From positions 17,314 to 81,313 of the IMG/VR virus record IMGVR_UViG_3300010429_000979: 64,000 bases of DNA; one strand, 5' to 3'. The notes under the pieces are model-generated. The model did no database searches, was not told the DNA's origin, and saw only the letters and a program-made list of their open reading frames with translations. Source of the DNA: a virus (Duplodnaviria > Caudoviricetes). Below are positions 19,901 through 27,565 of this stretch, in pieces. Every line of letters starts with the position of its first letter. Within the stretch, counting starts at the first letter, position 1. The translations under genes were made by a program, and so were the position numbers.

Positions 19901-22191
19901 GTCAAATATCTACTTCAGGAGTTCCAGCAGATAGTATTCCATTAATTAGGAACTCCGCCAGAGGAGTTTCCTATCTCCGCAATATCAATGATAGTGTAGG
20001 ATTGGGTACCATAACTCCGCAGGCAAGGTTAGACGTTAATGGTTGGTTAAAGGTAAGGAAAGTTCCAGTAGCCTCCACAGCTGATAGTATGCTGACAATA
20101 GAGAATGGAATTTTTAAATCAATCAACTACCTTAATCTTGGTTTTGTATTTTCTAATCAACTATATAGTGCAAGATGTGCTAATGTCCCCAAGTTCTACC
20201 ACAACCTCATGCATAACAAACTGTTTCGTGGTGGTGATAGGTTTTCTACTTCTTTTTCTGGTATGGGTTCAACAAGTGCAGCATACTTATTTGATGGATT
20301 CCACGAAAGATATAGTAATAATACTATTTCTGCTAATGCTACAGGAGTAATTACAACTAACTTATCCACATATTCTGAGTATAATGCCAGTAATGGTATT
20401 ATTTATCCTCAAGGTAGATTTGTTATGAATTTTTATTTTCCAGATGGAGTTAATGATGTTGCTCCACAAAGAGTTAAAATAGAAATGTATAAATCAGGTG
20501 GGGTAAATCAATGGATGACAGTTGCTGACACAAATAATATCCCTGCAACTACTGCTATACTAGACCTTTGGTATTGGGGTGGTGGAAATTATGTTACTCA
20601 AATAAAATGGACTATCTATGGTAGAACATCTGGAACTGTAAGACTTGAAGAGTTAGAATATTACCCACATAGGGATGCAGATGACTTAAATAAAACACCA
20701 ACAGTAAATAAATACACCGATCAATCATTATACGGTACTTGGACATGGCGTGGAAGTTCTAATACTGCGAATACTTCTTTTGGTGCAAATCCAGGATATA
20801 CAACCAACTCCTTTGTAGTGGGAAATAGCACTGGAACAGGTAGATTACATGTAAAAGGTGCAGGTAATACCTCATCTACATGGACATCACAATTCCATAA
20901 TTCAGCAGGAAATAACAATGCCTTTATGATTAGGGATGATGGTTACATAGGTATTGGTACTGCTTCTCCTACAAGTTTCTTGCACATGATTAAAACTAAT
21001 CCTGCAACAGGAAATTTTTATGGTGGGTTTATTGATATTACCTCAGCAGGAACTACAGGTGAACAATCAGGGTTATCTATAGCCATGAAAGCTGGAGCAA
21101 CAGGTAATACAATTGCAACTTATGGTTTTGGTGCTTCAAATAACTCAACATCAAGTGGGAATAGCTTAACGAATGGACAAGATGGATATTCAATGAGAGC
21201 GGGTTATGCTAATTTAGGTGGATATGCTTATGCCATAGGAACAAACACAGGTCAGAATTATGGTGGAGAATTCTTTGCAGGAAATGCAAGTAGAAACATA
21301 GGCTCATTCAATTCTGCAACAGTAGCCAAAGCATCTGCTACTAATATTGGTACATTCTCAGTAGCCAGGAATACTAATGCTACTTCAACTGTTCAAATAG
21401 GCGGATACTTCACATTACTTGATTCTAATGCTATGCCAACCTTTGAATCAGCAGCCTTGATAGCAGATAATGCAGGAACCACTTCACCCATATTCTTGGC
21501 AAGGGATAGAGGAACTACAGTATTCTCAATTAATGATGGTGGAGGGGTAGTGGCTGGCGGCAAGTCAATAATTTTAGGGAATACTGGGACAACGAGATTT
21601 AACATACTTAGCTCAGGTGGTTATCCAAGACTTGAATCCACAAAAACTGATGGTACCATAACAACCCAATGGATAACAGATCCAGCAGCCGGGAGATCAA
21701 TCTTTGATTACTCTTACACATTACATGGAGCCAATACTGGATTCGCTATTCGATCAACCATTAATGATGATAATGCAACGGTATTTTCCGTAAGGGATTC
21801 AGATGGTGATATGGTATTATCTAATGGCGGTTATATAAATGCTAAAGGATACCTGGTTGCAGAGAAGACTTTCACTTACGATGGCCTTAATTCAAATACG
21901 ATATCTGCCAGTGCCTGTACCGTTGATTGGACTAGTGGCAACCTTCAATCAGTCACACTGAACTCGAATGTAACTTTTACCTTCACAGCCCCTACAGGAC
22001 CATCACATCTAACATTGAAGATAACTCATGCTGCCAATACCACTACCTATACTACTACATGGCCTGCTTCAGTTAAATGGCCAGGAGGTACAGCCTATGC
22101 TTCCACTTCAACTTCAGGTGCAGTGGATATCATTACATTCTTTTACGATGGGACTAACTATTATGCTATGCCTTCCAACGATTTTAAATAA
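13927..22191 (+). CDS. Giant (2754 aa) fibre/adhesin-like protein with N-terminal Sec signal peptide
   Basis: MRKIFFLILFLVPLLSYS|Q signal; GIGT-x-P-like fibre repeats; internal repeat modules; C-terminal VDWTSGNLQSVTL...VKWPGG...VDIITFFYDGTNYY domain typical of phage fibre tips. Confidence 0.75.
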   Translation: MRKIFFLILFLVPLLSYSQYYKVTRNLNSDAGFVGVNTNTGDGASETIMLIRDTDTMYMRMGKDSSYIFTEKPLYFFGEYLQIQQDFVLKKFASSDTMVLIVKPNGYVDTISLTNLFNSESGTGGIFISYCDGCTPDTGFIFLGDTLIIDTAGGYCESFIRNDTLFSCDTTVIGATGYWAKYDGMYLTPKQGENVVIGSSEKRPRSKLNVNGGVFVRKSVHSYGGSGDVTSSGVGSVNAADALIISRWVNGSIPWNDSLYEADASGNNIITYNEVIGPMLFFTGQIPDLKAWARWVEANSVQQFRDSTTYIYKGLTISPAKRGYTQATSYGNSGLYVDGKVWLPTVGQTIKFDSIYVQDTSGKVMTVHKSLVAQANGIDSLYIGFCNGCTPDSGWYYNGDSLIIDTVDRYCPTYYANDTLYGCDTVALSMNGYWVKAGDLLFPYQPQLAVRIGPANYMPSASLFVNSVSGTSLISQTNSSYGSSVSAQNQNTTGGAGITAGGYIGVSGGTTSNTGLGGYFTNWQPEPSRPVVEIHSNGGKGLFFNLANSGSYPISGEGILLQRGATGTNTISGTGFKIKQVNIDNPLNVTGYMSEYYKGNTRVSSVDVNGNTYARGTMKVGNMPILSGTTDTAVVWDYNDSTYKLRKVAGGTVGALTYADTLTDIATQYDLTQVISIESDPIWISDSIDYLHKSDTNTKVSSRYWVNNQGFLKVEGDASVSNEGSLNVITTNTYPSINSNTSGSTPIEIRNGPAVGLTWNNPGNYIKIDIDTTNIILSKQLASRTYQKITDTSTKDATRYWVGQQGFLVSEVDGSTSNEIQNLSYNSSTHAIDIDKAGTSAIIPLATTSNSGLLTSAQATILYSDSIKWAAKKDYGFADVTETTISFNDATHIFTLAPVSTTWTYMRAGKVYTITGSKTVNLDDSPGGLVNGSTYFIIIDNTTGTLTASTDAWTLADTKVPVATIRWHGGRYPKYFLAEERHQAGFGRMVHRNLHFTRGAQMVSGGLVADAIVSGTTNDDNTISITDATIADEDLFILATSLPDGDGAGGDYLTMYHNGGSWTWDTTDMPYKFAAGGYIYYDNGTDSVVGGNNKFYNSYLAITDWVGQGRHIIFLGRGEFNSATAAYSENPFNFDWTGIPIQEIVTIYQMTWESGNAYTTKGKVRLTRLPQRLFGTISTTVGSTPTVVANTPLYGNGSTGSPLSIDTLSGQGVATQYDLAIHTQPISRVTGLQDSLTRIHDTIDNYIPKYIVDAAGDLVVGTGNNTIKRLARGSADQVLKVNAGGTDIEWGAAAASMVYPGAGIPVSTGSAWTTSITNNSANWNTAYGWGNHASAGYDNSVTNEGSLSVGSGTGSTSVINSNTSSSTGITLTAGTGLGIAENVGAYSITLTNTSPDKTVSLTNGTAISITGTYPSFTINNSSPDQIVALTNGTGISITGTYPNFTVTNLVPDSSSKYIPKYVIDAAGDLIVGTGNNTLNRLAKGNALQILRVNSGGTALEWADVAAGGVTSVSGTSPVVSSGGNTPAISINSDTLTSWRGKQNHGETAYGWGNWAGHTQAISTVRGLQDSLTDKINSINDIGTGPGKVFHSESGGNVYLRSIYGGTGIAVVNMPNYIEVYNNGVTGLSGTSPIAVSASTGSIAVSIKADTLTSWRGKQNHGETAFGWGNHASAGYLTSQTSHTDVVVDGDFTSEGLMKRGASGGTYSIVTDNSANWNTAYGWGNWAGHTQAISTVTGLQDSLTRIHDTIDNYIPKHIIDAAGDLIVGSSNNVPVKLAKGNALQTLRVNSGGTALEWADPKQYWTLGGNVVSLDPNYELEMVNSAQGTSLVRISNDVASVEDGGHSRGLQIEIPADNTQRTFTYIRYGLYISNLAEKNHQVGIYNTSQLSPTSTNYVGYQGYIAGQNGRTMLLTGGSPTFEVSNAPYTAAKISGHLNFSYAGGGGASTFDSVWVKSTVSPYNTYLVHKSLIGTGSGLAWSDTLTKIATAYDLSQISTSGVPADSIPLIRNSARGVSYLRNINDSVGLGTITPQARLDVNGWLKVRKVPVASTADSMLTIENGIFKSINYLNLGFVFSNQLYSARCANVPKFYHNLMHNKLFRGGDRFSTSFSGMGSTSAAYLFDGFHERYSNNTISANATGVITTNLSTYSEYNASNGIIYPQGRFVMNFYFPDGVNDVAPQRVKIEMYKSGGVNQWMTVADTNNIPATTAILDLWYWGGGNYVTQIKWTIYGRTSGTVRLEELEYYPHRDADDLNKTPTVNKYTDQSLYGTWTWRGSSNTANTSFGANPGYTTNSFVVGNSTGTGRLHVKGAGNTSSTWTSQFHNSAGNNNAFMIRDDGYIGIGTASPTSFLHMIKTNPATGNFYGGFIDITSAGTTGEQSGLSIAMKAGATGNTIATYGFGASNNSTSSGNSLTNGQDGYSMRAGYANLGGYAYAIGTNTGQNYGGEFFAGNASRNIGSFNSATVAKASATNIGTFSVARNTNATSTVQIGGYFTLLDSNAMPTFESAALIADNAGTTSPIFLARDRGTTVFSINDGGGVVAGGKSIILGNTGTTRFNILSSGGYPRLESTKTDGTITTQWITDPAAGRSIFDYSYTLHGANTGFAIRSTINDDNATVFSVRDSDGDMVLSNGGYINAKGYLVAEKTFTYDGLNSNTISASACTVDWTSGNLQSVTLNSNVTFTFTAPTGPSHLTLKITHAANTTTYTTTWPASVKWPGGTAYASTSTSGAVDIITFFYDGTNYYAMPSNDFK

Positions 22192-22787
22192 TGAGATACC
22201 TACTTTCACTTCTTCTCTTTCTTAGCCTAACTGCATCTGGCCAGTTATACCAAAGTGGAAATCCCACTCAGTCAGTCGACGATGCAGGCTTCGGTCAATA
22301 TGCCTGGTCAGGAAATTTCAACGATGGCTTTTATTCTGCAAATTGTACCATATCAACTGAATCATCTACATATACCCATCGGTTAATCCTAACTCATACG
22401 GATATCGCTATTCCTGCTGGGGCTATCATAAAGGGTGTAGAAGTAACAACCTATGTCCAGGCTTTTCAGTTTGGTCACATCACTGAAAACTGTAGTGATA
22501 TCTGCTGTTATAGTTACACAGTAGCCCTGACTTCTCCAGGATTCCTTACCTATAAAACTGGAGTTGGTTTTATACCAGGAGATTACACAGAGCAGATCTA
22601 CGGTGGTCCTACAGATTTATGGAGCATTTCTATGAATCACAACGACATCAACAGCGATGACTTTGGTATTTACTTTATTGCTCAGACCAAATCATACCAA
22701 GGATTTAACGCTTCAGTAAGACTCTGGGGAGCAACGATAAAAGTATACTACGAATTACCAAAAACAAATATATTCTTTGGACGCTAA
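22191..22787 (+). CDS. Secreted beta-rich protein, possible fibre-tip partner
   Basis: MRYLLSLLLFLSLTASG|Q signal peptide; translationally coupled to the giant gene (TAATG overlap). Confidence 0.6.
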   Translation: MRYLLSLLLFLSLTASGQLYQSGNPTQSVDDAGFGQYAWSGNFNDGFYSANCTISTESSTYTHRLILTHTDIAIPAGAIIKGVEVTTYVQAFQFGHITENCSDICCYSYTVALTSPGFLTYKTGVGFIPGDYTEQIYGGPTDLWSISMNHNDINSDDFGIYFIAQTKSYQGFNASVRLWGATIKVYYELPKTNIFFGR

Positions 22788-22798
22788 TAAATAAAAAC

Positions 22799-23224
22799 AT
22801 GAAAAAGACAATCCTTATCATCATGATTATCCTCGCTGGGTTCTCAGTGAATGCCCAGTATTCAATTCAGAAAGTGACCTTGTATGATACCACAAGAGCT
22901 GATGGTCAACGATTCATCATCTCATATCCTGAGAAGAATCTCGTAATCCATTTACAGGACAGCTGCTTGGGTACAGACTATAACCCTTTCAATGCCTGTG
23001 CTGTCCCAAGTGGTTATATCAGCCTTCAAAATTCTAGGGTCGATGTTGTTATGAAAAAGGTTAGGATCCTAGCTGGTGACACTTTAATCAGGTATGAAAC
23101 TATAACCATTCCATTGTCTCGATTAGAAAATAAGACGGGCCAATTTATAGACAACTCACTTATGAAAAAAGCCTTAAAGCCAACAGCTAAGGGATGGATA
23201 AAAAGAAAGTTAAGCGAAGAATAA
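22799..23224 (+). CDS. Secreted hypothetical protein
   Basis: MKKTILIIMIILAGFSVNA|Q signal peptide. Confidence 0.65.
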   Translation: MKKTILIIMIILAGFSVNAQYSIQKVTLYDTTRADGQRFIISYPEKNLVIHLQDSCLGTDYNPFNACAVPSGYISLQNSRVDVVMKKVRILAGDTLIRYETITIPLSRLENKTGQFIDNSLMKKALKPTAKGWIKRKLSEE

Positions 23225-23266
23225 CCATTCTGACCGAAGACTAAATTCTTAAATCTAAAACCAACT

Positions 23267-23674
23267 ATGGATTCAACGATATCAACTGCACTGGAAAAAG
23301 TCGATAAGATCGAGGAAACATTAAAAAGCTTCCGTACCCTATTCACTGCTTTTGAACCTGGGTTTATCAAGATGGCAGATGATAACTCAAGGAAAGCTTT
23401 TGGCCTTATGACCAAAAGAGATGACTATGAAATCTATGAATTGGATATTGAGAAGGACTTCTGCACAATCCATCATGCTCACAAATTAGCCTACGAACTT
23501 CACTTAGTCATTCATGGCAAAGTTAATATCAAACAAGATGGCCATGATAACATCCTTTCAACTGGTCAATCGCTAACCACTTCCAAGGGTCTACTCCATA
23601 CGTTCATTGCGTTGGAAGACACGAAAATAGTTACCATCGCAGTCCCAACCTTAAACGAAAAACATGGAGATTAA
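23267..23674 (+). CDS. Cupin-domain protein
   Basis: HHAHKLAYELHLVIHGKV...LSTGQSLTTSKGLLHTFIALEDT matches cupin motifs 1 and 2. Confidence 0.8.
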   Translation: MDSTISTALEKVDKIEETLKSFRTLFTAFEPGFIKMADDNSRKAFGLMTKRDDYEIYELDIEKDFCTIHHAHKLAYELHLVIHGKVNIKQDGHDNILSTGQSLTTSKGLLHTFIALEDTKIVTIAVPTLNEKHGD

Positions 23675-23891
23675 AAACAGTGAACAAGACAACTGGGCAG
23701 CACACAGACTGATGGTCTTAAAAGCCTTAGATAGTATCGAGGATCAGGTAGCAGAATTACGTAAGGATATCTCCGAAGTAAAAACTGCAGTAACCGTGAT
23801 GAAAACTCAATCAGCAATGGTAGGGGTAATTATCGGTATCATCGTTTCAGCTGCTGTGACCATCTTCATTAACCTCATCGCTAAGCATTAA
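23664..23891 (+). CDS. Putative holin-like protein (coiled coil plus C-terminal TM)
   Basis: 75 aa; single C-terminal hydrophobic helix; located in the lysis region. Confidence 0.5.
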   Translation: MEIKNSEQDNWAAHRLMVLKALDSIEDQVAELRKDISEVKTAVTVMKTQSAMVGVIIGIIVSAAVTIFINLIAKH

Positions 23892-23933
23892 CTATTCTAG
23901 TTATTGACTATTCACTAACAAATAAATAATCCT

Positions 23934-24221
23934 ATGAAAAGATTCCTTTTTGCATTAACCTTACTCCTGTCGATCATGGTATTACCATTGTTCACTATCG
24001 CACAGGCAGTAGTCGACACCTCCGCCATTAGCCCTGCACCATCGCAAGGGGCTTCTATATTGGATTGGATCTACTGGTCAGCAATCATCATTGCCACTGT
24101 CATCTACCCGATTCTCGTTCGACTTATCCCCACTTCGAAGAACTGGGACTGGATCTCTGGCATTATGAGATTATTATCTTGGCTGGTACCAAACAATAAA
24201 AAAGGCGGAGGTAAACACTAA
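23934..24221 (+). CDS. Membrane protein, possible holin/antiholin
   Basis: Signal peptide ...TIA|Q, further hydrophobic segments and a basic C-terminus. Confidence 0.5.
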   Translation: MKRFLFALTLLLSIMVLPLFTIAQAVVDTSAISPAPSQGASILDWIYWSAIIIATVIYPILVRLIPTSKNWDWISGIMRLLSWLVPNNKKGGGKH

Positions 24222-24643
24222 TGGCCGAAAGCCTAATTCTCGTCGAAAGGTTTCTCAAGAGCGATCAACAAACTCTTGGGAAACTTTCCGTTATAAATAG
24301 TGGACAAGTCACCTTCACATGCCTAACCCAAGAATTACCTTGGAAGGATAATCAACAAAGGATTTCCTGCATACCAATTGGCAATTACAGGTATGGTAAA
24401 AACAAAGCCTCAACGAAAGTCAAATATCCTCATGTGGATATCTATGATGTCCCGAACAGGGGAGGGGTAAAGATTCATGCAGGTAACTACGTAACACAGA
24501 TCTTAGGTTGCATCGAGGTTGGGAAAGAGCATCTGGATATTAATAAGGATGGTCTCAACGATGTCACTGAAAGTAGGGTAACTCTTAAGGCATTACTAAA
24601 ACATTTAACTCCAACCGGCTCAATCCAAATCAGTGAAACCTAA
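24221..24643 (+). CDS. DUF5675-like protein, putative endolysin/cell-wall enzyme
   Basis: TLGKL...TQELPWKDNQQRISCIPIGNY...VPNRGGVKIHAGN...GCIEVG pattern. Confidence 0.75.
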   Translation: MAESLILVERFLKSDQQTLGKLSVINSGQVTFTCLTQELPWKDNQQRISCIPIGNYRYGKNKASTKVKYPHVDIYDVPNRGGVKIHAGNYVTQILGCIEVGKEHLDINKDGLNDVTESRVTLKALLKHLTPTGSIQISET

Positions 24644-25067
24644 AGACGCAATCACCATACTGAAGGGAGCACCATATATCCCTTACATCATAATCCTGGT
24701 TCTCCTTCTCATTATTGGATTCAGAGAATCAAGTAGCACCCACTACTTCAACCAACTCATTGGAGAGAAACAGAAAGAGATCGATAGCCTATTCAATGAG
24801 AATAAGAAACTCCAAGACTCTACCCTATTCTGGGAATATCGATCAGTAGAATTCCAAGAAGGTATCATCGAAAGGGAAAAACAAATTGCACTCCTCAGAA
24901 AACAAATCTGGATAATAAATAAAAAACATGAAGCAAGTATCCATTCTCTTACTTATCTTAACGATAACGATCAGGTTAAGTTTTTCACAAACTACGTCAC
25001 CAAGTACATACAGTCAGCTGGATACTCTGGTGACAGTGAATATGAAACTAATCCGAGGGGCAAATGA
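24633..25067 (+). CDS. Putative i-spanin-like protein
   Basis: N-terminal TM plus coiled coil; GTG start; follows the lysin candidate. Confidence 0.55.
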   Translation: MKPKDAITILKGAPYIPYIIILVLLLIIGFRESSSTHYFNQLIGEKQKEIDSLFNENKKLQDSTLFWEYRSVEFQEGIIEREKQIALLRKQIWIINKKHEASIHSLTYLNDNDQVKFFTNYVTKYIQSAGYSGDSEYETNPRGK

Positions 25068-25347
25068 GCTTTTCGTAAACGGGGAGAATTACCTTGACCA
25101 ACTAAATGCTTATAGGGATTTGGATTCAAACTACCAAGCTCTCACTGATGAGTATGATTCATTGGTAATTGCTAAGGACAAACAGATAGCCTCATTAAAG
25201 GAAGAAAATAAGAATACACAAAAGGTCCTAAGCCTTTCAATGGATCAGACAGAATGCTGCAAGGACAGAACAAAGAGATTGGAAAGGGGGATGTATATTG
25301 GAGGTAGCGGATTACTGATACTATGCGTTCTCTTTGCGATATTCTAG
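24928..25347 (+). CDS. Spanin-like partner (signal peptide, coiled coil, C-terminal TM)
   Basis: Overlaps the upstream gene by 140 nt; ...LSFS|Q signal; no lipobox Cys. Confidence 0.5.
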   Translation: MKQVSILLLILTITIRLSFSQTTSPSTYSQLDTLVTVNMKLIRGANELFVNGENYLDQLNAYRDLDSNYQALTDEYDSLVIAKDKQIASLKEENKNTQKVLSLSMDQTECCKDRTKRLERGMYIGGSGLLILCVLFAIF

Positions 25348-25463
25348 TATAAATTTTTAATTTGCATATAAGAATATACTCAAAAGCAAATTAAGTGCAC
25401 TAGATAAACCCTTAGGATGCAAGGATTTCATTTTTATTATAATAATGCAATAAGCAAAAAGCA

Positions 25464-26786
25464 ATGACTCAATTCAGGACAACAGAATTTCAAAATTTAA
25501 TCGAATCATATCCCCTGAATAGGGCTAGAGTTGCGCTATTTCCAAAGGGTAGATATCATGGATTCGATAGGATTGCTCGTAGGGCTGGGGTACCAACAGT
25601 ACCAACTTCAATCCTGATTGATCTCAATCACAGTGGCAGTCCTTTCTATCCTGTCCTTGAAACGAATACTCCAGGCCCTGCAACTGGCGTAGTGGTAGCT
25701 CCAGTGGGGGCTCTACTTATGTCAGATGATGCATATCAGTTCGAGATTGATGAGAACACAGATGGACAAGGAAGAACTCGATACGATACAATTTATGTAT
25801 CATACAGCTGGGAACAAATCGAAGATGGTGCTCCTTTCTCAGTAGAGATGATTAAGGGATCTCCCGGATCAGTATTCCCCGCAGTATCAGATCCAAACAC
25901 AGATCTGATAGTTGGAGTTATCTCAGTCCCCTCTTTACCTACTGGTACTCTAACATTTGAAGATCTCACATATACTGAGACTGTAATACCAGGAGTTGGT
26001 TATCAGGACCCCAATAACTACGTCCCAGATTCTGGTGGTACATTCAATGGCCCGATCACTATGCAGGATATGCTTACCCTGTATGGTTACTTTAAAACCT
26101 ATCCCGATACCGCAGTCATCGATGGGACTATCATACAGTGTAATGATAATGGCTTCTATCATGTTGTAGACCTTAACAACATGGCAACAGTCCTTGATCA
26201 AGTCCAACATAATACAGATGAGATTACATTGGGAACTGTGTTATGGATCAAGTTCAATAACGTTGGTGCTGGCTCTTACCTAAAGAATCAGTATCCAGCA
26301 ACAATCAACTGTATCGTTAATCCTTCAACCACCCACTTGTATCTCGAATCGGGTTGTATTGTTGGGTTTATCAAAACGAACTCAGCCACTGCAAACCATG
26401 TATGGCAAGTCCTTACGATCATGAAAAAGGATTTCGTACATAACTTCTATAACATCACACCTACCGCAGCTTGGACCCAAGACTTTCCAAGAGCTGCTGC
26501 CTCTGTTAATACCCAGAACAATACCGTTATCTTGAAAGGCCACTTATCAAAGGCTTCACCATCTACGGTAACTGGTATTGCAATCCAGGTTGGAGAACTG
26601 CCAAACGCCAATCTCTATCCACAATATCCAATCTTCTTCCCTGTACCGGTAAATGAAAGTGGGGACATGGGAACTATAGAGATACTGGCTAACGGTACGA
26701 TTAACCTCTATGCAACTGGGTCATACCAAATGACAATAACGATGGTATCATTCGATGGGATTTCCTATCAAACGAAAGAATGGTAA
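25464..26786 (+). CDS. Putative tail fibre/virion structural protein
   Basis: 440 aa beta-rich; YVPDSGGTFNGPITM and a C-terminal VGELPNANLYP domain resemble fibre proteins. Confidence 0.5.
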   Translation: MTQFRTTEFQNLIESYPLNRARVALFPKGRYHGFDRIARRAGVPTVPTSILIDLNHSGSPFYPVLETNTPGPATGVVVAPVGALLMSDDAYQFEIDENTDGQGRTRYDTIYVSYSWEQIEDGAPFSVEMIKGSPGSVFPAVSDPNTDLIVGVISVPSLPTGTLTFEDLTYTETVIPGVGYQDPNNYVPDSGGTFNGPITMQDMLTLYGYFKTYPDTAVIDGTIIQCNDNGFYHVVDLNNMATVLDQVQHNTDEITLGTVLWIKFNNVGAGSYLKNQYPATINCIVNPSTTHLYLESGCIVGFIKTNSATANHVWQVLTIMKKDFVHNFYNITPTAAWTQDFPRAAASVNTQNNTVILKGHLSKASPSTVTGIAIQVGELPNANLYPQYPIFFPVPVNESGDMGTIEILANGTINLYATGSYQMTITMVSFDGISYQTKEW

Positions 26787-27412
26787 GTTAGGAAATAAGA
26801 TTTTGCTTCTTCGATTGCTTCCTTGATTTCCCGGCGGGCTCTGGATATATAATCCAGGGCCCTTTTCGTTTGATCTATCCCCAGAAATTCAAGGATGATA
26901 TGAGAAGGGATATGAGAATTGCTAGAAGGCAATTTATCAAGGATATAAAGGGGAGGGTGTAATTCAATTTCAAAGATTTGATAGGCCTCTTCACTAATCC
27001 TTTTCTTAATAAATTCTAAGGCAAGGTTAAGGAAGATCTCCTTCTCATCCAATTCTGTTTGATCCGGGATGATATTAACTAGCGGGTATTCATCGATGCT
27101 AATATTATTAGCATATAACTCTACGTACTCGGCAGTGTATGCCTTTCTGAGAATCCTATTTTTAAAGTTTTGCAGGGAATTAATAATGTGGCCAAGCAAT
27201 ACTTTTTCATCAACCTTATCGTGATACTTATTAAATGCATAAATAAATTTATCATCGAACCATGAAAGCACTTGATCCTTTGTTACACCATATCTCCGAT
27301 GATCGATATGATAAGTTAAACTCTTTCTTAGGTTTTCTGTCCTTTTGTAAAGGTCATTGAATAATGCACGGTCATAGTTGTCAGACATAGGTTTAAGTCG
27401 GTGTAATTCCAT
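26768..27412 (-). CDS. Putative sigma-factor-like/transcription regulator
   Basis: Only convincing minus-strand gene; helical, with weak sigma region-2-like segment (WFDDKFIYAFNKY...INSLQNFKNRILRK) and a C-terminal HTH-like segment. Confidence 0.5.
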   Translation of the reverse strand: MELHRLKPMSDNYDRALFNDLYKRTENLRKSLTYHIDHRRYGVTKDQVLSWFDDKFIYAFNKYHDKVDEKVLLGHIINSLQNFKNRILRKAYTAEYVELYANNISIDEYPLVNIIPDQTELDEKEIFLNLALEFIKKRISEEAYQIFEIELHPPLYILDKLPSSNSHIPSHIILEFLGIDQTKRALDYISRARREIKEAIEEAKSYFLTYHSFV

Positions 27413-27451
27413 GTAGCTAAGGGTTAGGGGTTATTACTTAAAATAATAATA

Positions 27452-27461
27452 TGCAAATATA
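27452..27461 (-). promoter_or_regulatory. Bacteroidota sigma-A -7 element driving the sigma-like gene
   Basis: Reverse complement is TATATTTGCA (TAnnTTTG), about 40 nt upstream of the start; -33 element not clear. Confidence 0.5.
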
Positions 27462-27565
27462 ATACAATGTTAACTAATATGTATCACTTGTTAATAAATA
27501 TTTTTTAGGGATATAGCGGATACTATTATACTGAGATTTACTATTATAAAATATAATATCGACTT

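Noticed and set aside
13927-22191. Diversity-generating retroelement target
   Set aside because: No reverse transcriptase and no adenine-specific TR/VR pair seen; repeat differences are synonymous and not A-biased
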